DNA from: Sminthopsis crassicaudata
Lineage: Eukaryota
Assembly (NCBI RefSeq): GCF_048593235.1
Contig: NC_133617.1
Location: forward strand, 65,061,767-65,125,766
Length of the DNA: 64,000 bases
Direction: 5' to 3'
Shown here: one piece after another, positions 17,193-30,813 of the stretch
How the letters are laid out: each line of letters starts with the position of its first letter
Position numbering within the stretch: the first letter of the stretch is position 1
Notes under the pieces: generated by a model
The model's input: only the letters and a program-made list of their open reading frames with translations
Database searches by the model: none
What the model was told of the DNA's origin: nothing
Position numbers and translations under genes: made by a program

Positions 17193-17530
17193 GCTTGCTG
17201 ACTGACTGAGTGACTCCTCCCCGCGATTCCGACTTTAGCCCTGCGGCTCCTGGCCAGACTGGGCTTCAGGGTCACATTCTGCTTGCAAGGGGTCAGGAGG
17301 AGGAGGAGACAGGAAGGAGGGAGGGAAAGAATAGGTGAAGCTCAGAGAACGTGGAATGTCGGCGCAGGAAGTAATTTCCACCCATTTTATTGATGGGAAA
17401 ACTGAGACCCCGGGAGCGGAAATGAACTTCCCCAAGTTCGATCGCGTCTCACTGAAACCCGGACCTCCTAACTTCTAGACCCTTAAATTGCCCAGAGAGA
17501 AAATTAAATCAATAAATGGCGGGACGCACA

Positions 17531-17834
17531 CACGCATGCGCATGAAGTAGGCACGAAAGCGCCAGTGATCGGGGCCGGGCCGGGCGGAGGTTCCGGACTT
17601 CCTTCTCCGGTCCCGGGTTTTAAAAGGTTTTTCCTTGGGGAGGGAGCTTTCCTGTGTCCGCGGAACCTTCCCACGGCGAGCCCGAGGCGCCACCGGACCC
17701 CATAAGGAAAAGAACCGTATGGAAAGGACGTGAGGGGGAGAGTGAAAGAACGGGGCATACGTCACAGGAAAGGGGCGGGCCTTAGCACCCTCGACCAATC
17801 AGCGCAGTGGTCTGGCTCGTACTTCCCGGAAGTG
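17531..17834 (+). promoter_or_regulatory. YJU2 housekeeping-type promoter
   Basis: NRF1-like GCATGCGCA (17534-17542), half-CRE TACGTCAC (about 17758), GC box GGGGCGGGCC (17772-17781), CCAAT (17795-17799), inverted ETS pair ACTTCCCGGAAGT (17821-17833). Confidence 0.7.
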
Positions 17835-17931
17835 GGCTGTGCGGGTCGGGAGAGCCGCGGTGCAGTCGCCGGTTCTCGGAACAGTTGGTAAACTGGTGAC
17901 TGTGGAGTGGGCTCCGTGAAGTGGCACCAAG

Positions 17932-17955
17932 ATGTCTGAGAGAAAAGTCTTAAAT
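17932..17955 (+). CDS. YJU2: YJU2 exon 1 (MSERKVLN)
   Basis: AAT|gtgagt donor. Confidence 0.95.
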
Positions 17956-20900
17956 GTGAGTAACGTGCGCGCAGCGGGGGCCCCAAAGCCCCAAGCATTC
18001 CCCGCCCCTCCCGGTGATGGGCCCCCCTCCGTGGGGCGCGGGGACCCCCGGCAGCTCGCTGTGGATGGGCGGGGGGCCGGGAGGTGTCCTGGCTTTGGGG
18101 TAACATCACTCTTGGGAGAGTGCAGGCCGACTCAGAAGTGACTTTGGGATGCGGAGCCTCAGGGGCCTGTCAGCTGTGAGCCCATTCAGCATCCGTTCAT
18201 TCAGTAAACACTGATTTGGCGCCTCCTGTGTTCCTGCACCCTGCTGAGCGCCGAGGTTACCGAAAAACAAACAAACAAACAAACAGTTTTTGCCTAAAGC
18301 AGCTAAAGATCCGAGGCAGGGGGAGGTCAAAGTAATACAGGATATAAAGTAAATACTGGATCCACGGGAAGTAATTTGCTAAGAAAAGGGGCTGGAATTG
18401 AGAGGGTTTTAGGAGGGAGAGATGATGGCTTCCTTCCCGGCTGTGGTCTCCTTGCCCAAGGGGGACCCAGATCCGTGTAGTCACCGGGGCTCACTCCCCA
18501 CACGGAGAGCGGCCACGGCATCGCATCCTTATATCGCCCAGGGCTTCTCGAGGTTTCCCAGAGTGGGGGAGGTTGCCCCCCTCAGTGCATGCCTTGCTCT
18601 CTCGCCCCTCCCCCAGAAGTTGCTGGGTGCTGATGCGCCACAGCTTTCTTGCTGTTTCTGGCCACAAGGCTCCTCTCTCCCTGCTGACTGGGCTTCCAGC
18701 TCTCTTCCTTCAGTTTTCACTCTCCTCTATTGGGCTGGAGGCCTTTACGGCTTCTTCCGTCTCTAAGCCTTTGAGATTTTCCCCCTTTTAACCTCTTCTC
18801 TCCGCTTCCTGCCCCACCCCCATCTTCCCTTTCTTTCCTTATATTTTACCCCAAACTGCGTGCCTTCCAGGCCTCCTGATGTGCCTCCTTCTTGTTCACA
18901 GAAATACTACCCACCGGATTTCGATCCATCCAAGATCCCTAAGCTCAAGCTGCCCAAAGATCGGCAGTACGTGGTGCGCCTGATGGCCCCGTTCAACATG
19001 AGGTGAGGACGCGCTGACAGCGGAGGAATTCCTCCACCACCCCGGCTGTGAAGGCCAGAAAAGGCTGATGGGGAATCCTAGACATCGGCCCCAGAAATCC
19101 TCAAAAACAGACTTCTTTATCTGGGGGCCACGAATTGCCTTTTAAACATATTCTGATAACTATTTCAGTAGAAATGCTTTCTCCCAGCAGGGATGAGTCT
19201 GGACCAGTTTGTGGGGAAGGAGGCAGGGAAACAGTTTCCTTTCCATCAGGCAGCGGTGTTTCATAACCGACTTAGGGAGTCGTTCCTGTTTCCTTCTCTT
19301 TCTTTTTCCAGATGTAAGACATGTGGTGAATATATTTATAAAGGCAAGAAATTTAATGCCCGCAAGGAGACAGTGCAGAACGAACTCTATCTGGGGCTCC
19401 CGATTTTCCGTTTCTATATCAAGTGTACCCGATGTCTAGCTGAAATCACCTTCAAAGTAAGTTGTTAAAAATCTTTTATGCACATGCAAATATTTTATTA
19501 CAAATGTAACATGGAATAATACAAGCAACTAAACTTTAGAACTATTTACAATAAATTGAATAATTTCAATGCATAAAATAATGTATCACTTTTTTCATTC
19601 ATTCATCCTATGTCAGAATTTTGACATTTATTCGCAATCATTTTTCCTCTTGTATGGGAGTAGTTGATTTGTACCTAATTCTTCTGGTTCTGCTCTAGTT
19701 CTGTTATTTCAGAAAGGCATTAGAAGGGTATTAGAACTTTGTAAAAAATTATATTTGTTTGTTAAAATGTATCACCATGTACTTGGAAGTATGAAAGGAT
19801 GCTAACCACCAAATTTAATTATGAATTATATCACATACGCTTTTCCAAGTATATTCACTGGGAAAAGTATTCAAAAAGAATAATGCATAACTTCCTTAAA
19901 TCACTAGATTTTAGATTCTGGACTTCATCAAATACAGCTCAGTAGGTTTGTTGAAGACAGAAAATGTTAAACTTGAAGTGGGGGATATAGTGGTCAGGGG
20001 CTTGTTTGAAATAATCCTCTTATAAACCTTAAAATATTCTTAATTCTGATACTGCTGTCAAGTGAGAACACCTTTACTAATCAGTCATTCAAGAACATTG
20101 AATTAAATAAGAACAACCTAGGCAACCAAGTTTCAGAAAGAATAGAATACGTTAAGTCATTGTATTGATCAAATGAAGTGATGTTATACAGGAAGTATGT
20201 TGGGATTGGCTGAAATAACTCATTTATATCTGTGAGTTTTGCATAGAAGAGCAAGCCAGATTGGAACCCAGTTTTTAGTCCCTGTCCTGCTCCAGCCAAA
20301 TCTCTTGAGAGGAAATCATTTTGAGGAATGGGAGACAGAGGAGAGCCTCTGTTTCCTCTCCCCTTGCTGGAAGATGTAAACTTCAAAAGGATTCCATGAA
20401 CGCTCTAAGATTCTAGCTTCCTGGAATAGCTGATGTCAGTGTCTACATTAGGAACTGAGGATAAAATAGACACTGACGTGTGTAGGTTGATCATATAACC
20501 CTCTTTCCTTCCCCCCTCCCAGCTCGGTTAACTCTAGTGGTTCCTTATTACCTAGAGGATCAAATATAAACTCTTCGGTCATTTAAAACCCTTATATCCT
20601 GCCCCTTCCCACCCTCCCAGTCTTATACTTTACCCTTCCATACCCTCTACAATCCAGTTACTTGGCCTACTTGCAGTTCCTTGAAGGCAATCCTTCATCT
20701 ACATTTTCTTGCCTTTGTGATGACTCTTCCCCAGACCTGGAAGCTCTGTTCCTAATCTCCTATTCTTGGTTTCTCTGGCTTCCTCCAAGATTACCATCTT
20801 CTACAGAAGGCATTCCTTAGCCCTCCTTCCTTCCATCTCCACCCCCAACTACTAGTACCTTTCCTTCTGAAACTATCTTCTGTCTACTCTATTTTATAGA

Positions 20901-23900
20901 TACTTAGTTATATTCATATTGTTTTCTGTATTAAAATGTATGTACCTTGAAGGCAGATACTATTGTTTTACTTTTCTTTGTATCACCAGTACTCAGCTCT
21001 AAGTGTAGTAATTACTTAGTGCTTTGTGCAGAGTAGGCGGTCAATAAATGCTTATTGATTGACTGAGTAAATGTTTATTGACTGACTTTTCAGATTCCTT
21101 TATACTCCTCTTGCTTCTGTGTTTCTTGAATTCTAGCATTCTATTGTAGCACAGTTAATTATCTAGTCTAGTCAAGTTAACAGGCAGCTATTAAGTGCTT
21201 ACTACATATCAGGCACTATATTCAGTTTTGGGAATAAAAACCTAAGTAAAAAAAGAAAGACATTTCCTGCCCTCAAGGAGAGGGAAGACAGTACATAAAT
21301 GGGAGCTGAAAAAGATGGAGTGCAGTCAGGGAAAAGGCATATAGAGGTTTCATGGTAGCAAAGTCTCAAGTCTGAAGCCAGAGGAGAAAGGAAAAGTAGT
21401 ACTTCCTTCATGAAAATGGAGGTTTTGCCATCTTGTTGAATAGGTTGCTTCCACTGTTTAAAAATCACATACAATGCTACTAGAAAAATCTTTGAATATA
21501 AAACTATTTTGTTTTTCGTAACATTTTCAAGATATATTCCAAGATAATGAATCTTAACCCACCCTTATAGGCTCTCTACAAGCTACTTAAACCAGTCTCC
21601 TGGATCTTTTGTAAATTTTCAAGTTGGTAAAGGCAGGACTAGCTCTGAGATAAAGGATGAAAGGCAACTGAGTACACTCCCTTGACTGTCAGATGTCTCA
21701 AGAAGGCCATGGGTCAGACATACAGCTTTGTGTACATCCCTTCCCTGCCCCTTGGATGATTTAGAACAGTGGTCCTCAAGCTTTTTAAATAGGGGGCCAG
21801 TTCACTGTCCCTCAGACTGTTGGCGGGTTGGACTATAGTAAAAACAAAAACTCACATTCTTGTCTCTGCCCCTCATCCCATTTATAATCCAGTGGGCCCC
21901 ATAAACATCCTCAGCAGGCCATATCTGGCCCACGGGCTGTAGTTTGAGAACCCTGATTTAGAACATCCTTATGAAAACTTTCTACTTACTTAGAGTGCCA
22001 TTGCAAGCTAGTAATTGTTTTTTCCTCATAGAATGAACTGATCAATACTTAGTATTTCTAGATCCCAAGTCCAAAAGCTGTGGGAAATGCAGTGGTGTAT
22101 GAGACAGTGGAAACTAATAAACTTATTCATATTTATACTCATACTATTTTACGGTTTGTAAAGTACTTCCTTTACAACAAGTCTGTGAGCTCAGCGTGTG
22201 CAAATTTTATTCCCATTTTCAAGGAGAGAAAACTGAAGCTGAGAGGAGTTGTGGCTTTTTGAGTTTCCCAGGAAAGAAATATGAGAGCCAGGCCTGAAGC
22301 CCAGGCCTTTTGGCTCTGTGTCCAGTGTTCTTTCTACTATCTCATAAAATAAGAAATAAGGAAACTGTGTCATCAGATCCAGTCAGGCATGGCTGAAATA
22401 ACTGTTTGTATCATTATCTGTGGCCTTTTCTCTCCTAACTCATTCTGAAATGGAATTGTTCCTGATCATTAGCCTCACTGGATGAGGTTCCCCTTGGCTA
22501 CCTAGGTTTGGGTTTGACCAATTGGGTTTTCTTATGGCTTCTTTTTCATTTGACAACTACATAATAGCAGCTTCTAAATCAGATCTCTTTTGACCCAAAG
22601 CCTGGATTCATATAAAACTGATGTTTTTACCTCCAGACAGACCCTGAGAACACAGATTATACCATGGAGCATGGAGCCACCCGGAACTTCCAGGCTGAGA
22701 AACTACTAGAAGAGGAAGAGAAAAGGGTACAGAAGGAAAGAGAGGATGAAGAATTAAATAATCCTATGAAGGTAATATAATATCAGTACCTCACATTGTC
22801 TTTTTATCTTGAGCTTTATAGAGCACTTTCCTCACACAAGAGATAAATAGCATAGATATTATTAATCTGGTTTTAGAGATGAGGAGGCTGATACTAGAGC
22901 AGAAGTGACTTGCTCACAGTCATATAAAAAGCTAGTAAGTGTCAGCACCAGTACTTGGCTCCAAATCTCTCTTTTTCCTGGCTTGGAACCAGCCATTCCC
23001 CAGGGGTCTGTGCTTGAGGTGGCAGTGCCATGTGGCAGCTGGTAGTGCCAGAGCCCAAAGGTAGGAGCCCCACGCACCTGCACCAAGGCCCTTGCAGGGT
23101 GTATTCTGAGGCACACTCCTCCTCTCACATTCTGGATTCTGTGTCCCAGAGTCCCTTCCAGTTTTTATCTTATATTACTGGGAAATAGTGAGGAGTGATG
23201 ATGATGATGATGATGATAGCAACTGGCATTTGTAAACTTTAAGTTATATAGGATGCTTTACATAGATATTATCTGAAAGTACAGCAGGAATTCTATCAGT
23301 TTTATAAATGAGGAGACTGAAACACTTGTGTAGTGCCTGAGGTGACATGGCCATCAAGCATCAAAGGAAGGATTGGAACCCAGGGCCCTCCTGAGTTTAA
23401 GTTCAGCATCAGGGTGGAGATGTGTGATGACTGGGGCTCTGGATCCTGGGCAGTTGAGAAGACAAGACGTAGCCCCAGAATCAAACTGCAATCCTGCATT
23501 TGTCCCCATTACAACACTGGGAGGCCAGTGATGCAAGTATTAGCATGAAAAAACTGAGGTTGAGACATTTGGGCACAGTACCAGGAGCCCAGCTGGCCCC
23601 GAGTCTCATTCTGTGCCCTCCCTGTCTCTTCCTCCCAGGTGCTGGAGAACCGGACCAAGGACTCCAAGCTGGAGATGGAGGTCCTGGAGAACCTGCAAGA
23701 GCTGAAGGAACTCAACCAGCGCCAGGCCAATGTGGACTTTGAGGCGATGCTACAGCAGCACCGTGTGTCCGAGGAGGAGAAGCGCCAGCGAGAGCAGGAG
23801 GAGGACCAGAGGGAAATGGAGTAAGTGTAAAGAGGAGGAGGATGGGGGGAGGGATGTTTTTTGGGAAGGACATTGATAGCCTGGGGACGGGGGACAGAGG

Positions 23901-26900
23901 AAGGTGATGTCGACACAGGGGGTGGCCCTGTATGTCTTAAATCAGAAGCTTGATGTCCTTTTGTAAGGAATGTTGTAAGAAAGATGCTTATTTGTGTTTC
24001 TATAACATTTTAAGGTTTACAAAATACATTTCTTACATGGCCAAGATGTCAGTAGTATGTGTTATTATACCTATCTTACAGATGAGGAAACTAAGCTAAG
24101 ACTGTGTAAGTGCCTTGTCTGTAGTCACATGATCACCCTGCTGGTAGGTATAAGGGAACTTGAAGCCAGCAGGCTTTTTTCTTTTCTTTCTTTCTTTCTT
24201 TCTTTTTTTTTTTTTAAATTAATTTTATAATTATAACATTTTTTTTTTTGGATAGTACATATGCATAGGTAATTTTTTTTTTTTAAACAATCCCTTGTAT
24301 TCCCTTCTGTTCCGAGTTTTTCCCCTCCTTCCCTTCATTCCCTCCCCTAGATGGCAGGCATTCTCATACATATTAAATATCTTATAATATATCCTAGGTA
24401 CAATATATGTGTGCAGAACAGAATTTTGTTGTTGTTGCAAAGGAAGAATTGTATTCCGAAGGTAAAAATAATCTGGGAAGAAAAACAAACAAAAAATGCT
24501 CACAGTTTACACTCATTTCCCCGTGTTCCTTCTCTGGCTGTAGCTGATTCTGTCCATCATTGATCAATTGGAATTGGATTAGCTCGTCTCTATGTTGAAG
24601 ATATCCACTTCCATCAGAATACATCCTCATACAGTATCATTGTTGAAGTGTATAATGATCTCCTAGTTCCAGCAGGCCTTTTTTCCAGGGCCATTCCTAT
24701 GCACTGTACCACTGCTAGGAGACTGCTAAGGTCTTTGCCAACTCTTGAGATTCTAGTTTTCCAAGAAAGATTACAGAACTTGCCGATGGGTTCCAGACCA
24801 CACAAAGGATCTGGAATAGAAGTGACCCTGGGAGCCTTAGAAGATTTTATCCCTTACAAGTAGAGTTGTTAGCAGGGATAGAGGCAAAGTTGTCCCTTAG
24901 GTTATAATGGGAGTGGAGAAGGAAGATCAGAAAGAAAAGTCTTTAAAGAGATTTGAGGGAACAGGGAGGTAGCCAACCAGCCATGGGAAGGATGTGGCTC
25001 ACTCATTGCTAAATTGTAAATTCTCTTGAAGAGATCCACCTTCTTTCTGTTATCATCCCATCTACCTTGAGCAGGAGTAGACAACTAAGATGTATTTGCC
25101 ACCAAGTAGCTACAAAGTTGCTTTTTGTTGTCTTCAGTATTTGTATTCATTGCAAGCCTCAGCTCATTCTGAGCTGTAACATTTTTAACATTTCTGTGGA
25201 GTCTCGACACTTTTGTATTCATATTCACTTACTTGCTCTTTCTTTAATTTTCTGTATATTAAAAAAAATCTGATTCTTGATGCACGCACATTGCTCTCTT
25301 TAGAGTTTCCCTTTTCTTCCTCATTAGGATAATTTGTGTTCTTTCTTGAGAGCCTCCATGTCCTGTTCAGTGAACTTTACCTGTAGAATCTTTAAGCCAT
25401 AGGATTCTATCTCTTTATCTTAATTCTTTGAAATTAGATGTTCTCAGTTGTCTGGTGACCCTCGGCCTTAGTTTTCCCAGCTCAGAAACAGATACAAATG
25501 AGTGTTTCCTCCTTCACTCTTTCTCCCCATACCCATGTACCCCTTAATATTTTGACAAATTCATAAAATGAAAATGACTAGGGATCCTAGCTTAGCTCCC
25601 AGCCTCCAGGGCAAACCCTACTGCAGACTTTCCAGCCTGCCCTTTCCTTAGTACAATTGGCACCCCTTCTGTTGAGGCCAGAAGGAGCCCAGGATGGGAA
25701 GAGCTGTTAGGAAACCCACCCGGGGATGCCTCCTTGATGCTGCACGATGTCATGGTGATGGGCTGCATGGGAAATATCTCTGGAGCCCATTCTCTTCAGG
25801 AGGAAATGGAAGGGGAATAGCTTTGGCGGTCACTGAGGGAGAGAGGAGCACTGTCCATGGTTACTAACTAGCGGGAGGCTGCCTCTGAAGTCATAGCTGG
25901 GACTCCCAAGAAGCAGCCAGGAGGCCCTCACTGACCATGGTCGATCCCACAGGGCCATGATGGAGCAGGCTCGGAGACGGCGACTCATCGAAGACTCAGA
26001 CTCTGATGAGGAGCCCGCCCTCACACCTTCCCAGCTGCCCACTCGAGGCACTCCCACAGCCATCTTGGAGGAGGTAAGGTCCAGGTTTCCTCCCTGCCCA
26101 CCAGCAGTCACTGTGTGGCTGCGCTGGGCACCCAGACCTCGTCCTTGGGGCCAGTGAGGAATTTAGGCCGTGTGGAGGTGGCCGCCAGCCAGAGTAGTCA
26201 GCAAACATGTATTCAAAGCCCTACTTGTGTTGACCATTGGGGACATAAAGACAAGGAAGAACAGGTATGGCTGAGCCATAGAAATCATGGAAGGGAGAGT
26301 ATCAATAGACTGAACAGGCATGAGAGGGCCAGGCTGTGGGGAATCCTAAACACCCGGCAGAAGTTTCTATGTAACTCTAGTGGTAATGGGCAGAGCTGGG
26401 GAGGAAAGAACAATTTGCCTGTTCCTCCCCACCCTCCCCATTCAGGTCCCTCCTAGACTTGGTGTCCTCTGATGGCTGTTAGGGAAGATGCCCACTGTTT
26501 TCTCCAGCTCTTCTTCCTAAGCCAGGTCTTTCACCTGTATCACTTCTATCCTGGGGCTTTGATGAACGTGCTTCCTGAGTGGCCAGCCTTGTGAAGGTTT
26601 CTCAGGAAGTGATTTGGGAGAATTTGCTCTCTTCCACACCTTTGAGTAAGAAGTCATTGAAAACTGAGCCAGAATGGACTGTCATCTTTATAGCCTAAAC
26701 TCTCCATGGGCAGGAATTGCATTGCTCAGAAAGAATGCACTCCTTTTGAGTGACTACACCAAAGGCTGGGCATGGTAATTATGGCTGTCATTTGTTTAGC
26801 ACTTTCAAGTTTACAAAGGTCCTTGTGTGCTATCTCAAGAAAGGATTGAGCACTAGTTAATTCCAAATGAAAGGGTAATTCTTGAGAATTTTTGAGAATA

Positions 26901-27945
26901 GACTGCCTCATTACTCTCCTCTTCCCCCCTCAGGTCCCTCAACTAAAAAAGCAAAAGTTGGAGAGCTGGGAACGAAGTGTTGGTGCACTGGGCAGCAAGT
27001 CAAAGCTGGCAGGCCTGGTTGTAGCAAAGAAAGCATCTGCCCAGAGACCTAGCAGCAGCAATGGGCACATAGTCTTGCCCTCCTCCAGCACAGGTAATGG
27101 GCTCCAGTGTCACAAAAGTCCCTTAGCCACTGGAGAAAAAGTGTCATTGGCAATTAGAAGTGGAGGACCATGAGGTCAGAGCCAGCTTTGCTGCTTACTA
27201 GCTGCGTGACCTTTCTTTATTTATAAAGGCCTCAGTTTTCTCAACTATAGAATGAAGGATTTGATCTAATCCAGGGATTCTTAATTTATTTTGTGTCTTG
27301 GATCCCTTTGGAATATATCCAGTCATATCTGTAGTCCCCCTTTTGGAAAAAAATTTTAAATAATTGAAGGAAATGTCAAATTTCATGTAGAGGTTGGGAA
27401 AATGTAGATCTAAACTTTTTTTGGATACAAGTTCATGGATCCTCTAAAAATCTATGAACTCTAGGTTAAGCCTCCTAGGTCTAGATAGTCTCCAAGGTCC
27501 TGTTCTCTGAATTTTATACGGTTTTCAAATTCTTGGTCTGTATCCTATTTGCTGAAGAAGCAAGAAGCATCTTTCAAGCAGCCACTAGGGGGCAAAGGAT
27601 ACCCATGCAGGTGCAGAGAATAGCTTTGTTTCTGATCTTTGATTCTCTTTGTACCCCAGAGTCAGATTGGGTAGAGAAGCTCATTCTGAAGGTGTTGGGG
27701 GGTGGGGAAGGGGAGGGAGAAAGTAAGTATTTAAGTTTTCCTGTTCTGCTGAACCAACCATGACTTTGTGGAGTGCTGGGAGTCCAGTATGGGGGAGGGT
27801 TCAACCAAGTTGACCCCAGCCTGTCTTTGTAGGCGTACCACAGAGTTTGAAGGAGACCAGTTCGTCGCCCAGAACCCCCAGTGCCTCATCCCTGAGCCAG
27901 CTGGGGGCCTACTCAGACAGTGAAGATAGCAGCAACAGCAGCTGA
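17932..27945 (+). CDS. YJU2: Splicing factor YJU2 (CCDC94), 326 aa; join 17932-17955, 18902-19002, 19312-19456, 22637-22771, 23639-23820, 25953-26073, 26934-27093, 27833-27945
   Basis: [21 protein letters not shown]..., zinc-binding CKTC and CTRC, C-terminus [19 protein letters not shown]. Eight GT-AG exons total 981 nt. Confidence 0.97.
18902..19002 (+). CDS. YJU2: YJU2 exon 2
   Basis: [34 protein letters not shown]. Confidence 0.96.
19312..19456 (+). CDS. YJU2: YJU2 exon 3
   Basis: [19 protein letters not shown]...[12 protein letters not shown]. Confidence 0.96.
21767..21955. mobile_element. hAT MITE, OC1/nhAT1-like, copy 2 (YJU2 intron 3)
   Basis: TIRs plus a perfect 8-bp TSD ATTTAGAA (21759-21766 and 21956-21963). 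Confidence 0.9.
22637..22771 (+). CDS. YJU2: YJU2 exon 4
   Basis: [18 protein letters not shown]...ELNNPMK. Confidence 0.96.
23639..23820 (+). CDS. YJU2: YJU2 exon 5
   Basis: [23 protein letters not shown]... Confidence 0.96.
24175..24668 (-). mobile_element. Antisense L1 3' fragment in YJU2 intron 5
   Basis: poly-T/(TTTC)n tail; TSD core ccagcaggc at 24166-24174 and 24669-24677, each followed by a T run. Confidence 0.8.
25953..26073 (+). CDS. YJU2: YJU2 exon 6
   Basis: [20 protein letters not shown]...PTAILEE. Confidence 0.92.
26934..27093 (+). CDS. YJU2: YJU2 exon 7
   Basis: [20 protein letters not shown]...; AG|gtaatg donor. Confidence 0.88.
27833..27945 (+). CDS. YJU2: YJU2 exon 8
   Basis: ...[21 protein letters not shown] then TGA. 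Confidence 0.92.
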
Positions 27946-28746
27946 AGCCTCGATCCCTCCCCATAGAGGGAGGTCCCAGACCCTTATGGCCCCTCCCCTG
28001 TGGGGCCAGACACCAGAATCAGGCTGCAGTGGGTTTATTTCTTTGTTCAGTGAGCCCAGCAATGTGAAGAGGAGGACTGGGATGGGAGCAACACTGCCAG
28101 ATCCTCTGTCTAGTGAGCTCACTGTGCTTTCCCCACTTCTCAGCTGCCTGGGAACTGGCTGCTCCTCTCCTCTCCGGGCCCATAGGCTTTGGGAAGATTT
28201 AGTGTTGTGACACTCTTCCCTCCTTAGGAAGTGGCAACTGAAAATCTGCCATCCATTCCTAGCCTAGTGCCCCACCATGAGATCAGGGGTAACCTTACAG
28301 AAGATATTGGGAATCAGTCCTGCTTCCTTTGGCTCAGCCCCTCGTGCTCGTCAAGCCCAGGTGATCAAAGCAGAATCACTGTCAAAGCACAGAGTTACCT
28401 CTTGGCACCTTTGGAACTTTTTTCTCCTTGATGGGGCTAGAATTCATTTTTTCTATTGCTAGTATGTCATGGATCACATACCCCAGAGAATGGCACTTGA
28501 ACCTTTGGGAAATGAATTATGAGATATATGATGCTCTATCACAATGGACATCTTTTTCCCTCTACCTCCTTCCTTCCCAGACCTAAGTAACATAGGGGCA
28601 GATCCTAAGACCAACCATGCAACTACTGACCAGATCAGGCCAACCTAAAAGTCCTGTCCCCATTCTCCCTGCTCCTCTTACCCACATCCCCCTCTGAATC
28701 CTACCAGCTCCACCTGATTTGTATCTATAAATCATTATCTTAACCA

Positions 28747-28752
28747 AATAAA
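28747..28752 (+). terminator. Probable YJU2 poly(A) signal
   Basis: First AATAAA I found after the stop, about 800 nt downstream. Confidence 0.55.
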
Positions 28753-30000
28753 GAAAACCGAATGGACTGGTGATTATGCTGATCTTGAGCCTTAAATCTC
28801 TTGATCATTGCTAGGGGAGGGAGGCAGCATGGGGTGGTTATCAGGGGATTACTGTTCTAGTGGGCACTGGAGCAGATGCAGAGGTCCCTGTCATCTCTGA
28901 GCTGCTGCAGTTCTTTCATAGTCCTTCACTCCTCCTTTGGCCGGGAACAAGAAGACCTAGATTCTGGTGCTCTGCTATTGATAGTCTATTAACTTTGAGC
29001 AAAGCATATCACCTTAACTAGAAAAAGAGAAAGTTTTACTGGATGATGTCCAAGGTCTCTCTCAGCCTTAAAGGCTCTCTGATAGTGTGAAGAAGTAGGG
29101 TCTGGATCCAGTAAGTTTAGCAGGATTCCTGAAACTTCCCTCAGGCTCCTGCAGCAGGAGGTTGAGGCAGAGTTGCCTCCCAACCCCATTATCTCAGCTG
29201 GTAGTTCTGTTGTCCTACACTTAGCCAACCACCCTATAGGGTGAATGACTGGTGAATGGTGGTTGGACCCCTTCTTCTCAGTGGGGTCCTTCTTCTTTCA
29301 CAGCAGGACTCAGCAGAGTAGTCTAGCCTCATCTATCAGAAGGCTATGGTCTGTGTCTTCCATGAGTACTTTGCGTGCAAGGAAGCATTGTTAACAGCTG
29401 GGATATGGGAAGCTTTAAATGGAAGGTCCTGATTTGGCATGACAAGGGAATGAGCTGAAGTGGGAGTAGGACCTGCCCAATCCTACATACATACCTCCCT
29501 ATTGCACCAAAGGTCTGCCCAGCCTCCTGGGGCGTTAGACTCATGTAATTAGCACTGTAGTGGTCTCCAGATTTCAGGAGTTAGGAGCCCTGGCTTTGCT
29601 GAATACTACCTTTTTGGTCTTAGATAAATATTCAGTTTCTTGGCCTCAGTTTATTCATTTATAAGACAAGGATGATAATACTTTCATAGAAGTGAGAAAA
29701 CTTGTGAATTTCAAAGTGTCAGTAATATGAACAAGATGTCTGGAAGTACAAACAGTTCTTGCTTGATGTAAATTCACGTTACTGTGATTTTATCTAAAGA
29801 ATTCTGAAAGAAATCTGCATTCCAGAAAAATGAGGAACAGAATTTCAGACTTATGAGTAGGATAAAAATTTGTGAATAAACAAAAGATAGAGCATTGTAA
29901 TATATAAAGTAGATACTTTAAAAGTTTTGTACAAATAAAACCAATGTAATCAACAATAAAAGAAAGCAGAAAATTTAGTTTCTCACATAAAAGACATTTC

Positions 30001-30778
30001 AAAGATAGAGAATTTTGTCAAATTTATAAGAATATGAGTCATTCCCCAACTGATAAATGGTCAAAGGATATGAATAGGCAGTTTTTCTGATGATGAAATC
30101 AAAGCTCTTTGTAGTCATATAAAAATGCCCTACATCATTATTGATTAGACAAATGCAAATTAAAACAACTTTGAGATATTATCTCATGCCTAAATCAGAT
30201 AAGGTAAAATGATAGAAGAGGAAATGACAAATTTTGGAGAGGATGTGGAAAATTTAGGATACTAATGTACTATTGGTGGAACTGGAACTGTAAGCTGATC
30301 CAACCACTTTTGAGAGCAATCTGGAATTATATCTAAAGAATTATAAAACTTTATTCCTTTTGACCCAGCAATTTTATGTCTTTTTTCCCAAAGTGCTTAG
30401 GTTTAAAAAAAAAATCATATGTTCTAAAATATTTATAGCAACTCTTTGTAGTGGCAAAGAACTGAAGATTGAGGAATGTCCATCAATTGAAGAACAGCTA
30501 AATAAGTTGTGGTATATGATTGTGATGAAATACTACTGTGCTGTAAGAAATTATGAAGTCGTTGATTTTAGGAAAATGAAATAATGAAGAGTGAAATGAG
30601 CAGAACCAAGAGATTACTGTATACAGTTAAAGCAATATTGTTTGAAGAATAACTGAATGAGTTATTCTGAATATTACAAATACTTATCAGCTACAAAGGA
30701 TTTATGAAGATGCCCTTCACCTCCAGAGAATGGATCAAAAGAAGTATGCATAGTATTATTTTACACATATGTGTAAAA

Positions 30779-30813
<35 letters not shown>

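Larger units (their letters stand above)
16600..18600. other. CpG island spanning the last EBI3 exon and the YJU2 promoter/exon 1
   Basis: Visibly high GC and CpG density relative to the flanks; boundaries are approximate. Confidence 0.8.

Noticed and set aside
25847-25867. REST/NRSE-like sequence agcactgtccatggttactaa
   Set aside because: Matches only one half-site and lies in a housekeeping gene intron.
28560-28860. LTR-like TATA + AATAAA arrangement in the YJU2 3' UTR
   Set aside because: No TG...CA ends or TSD found, and the motif spacing could be chance.
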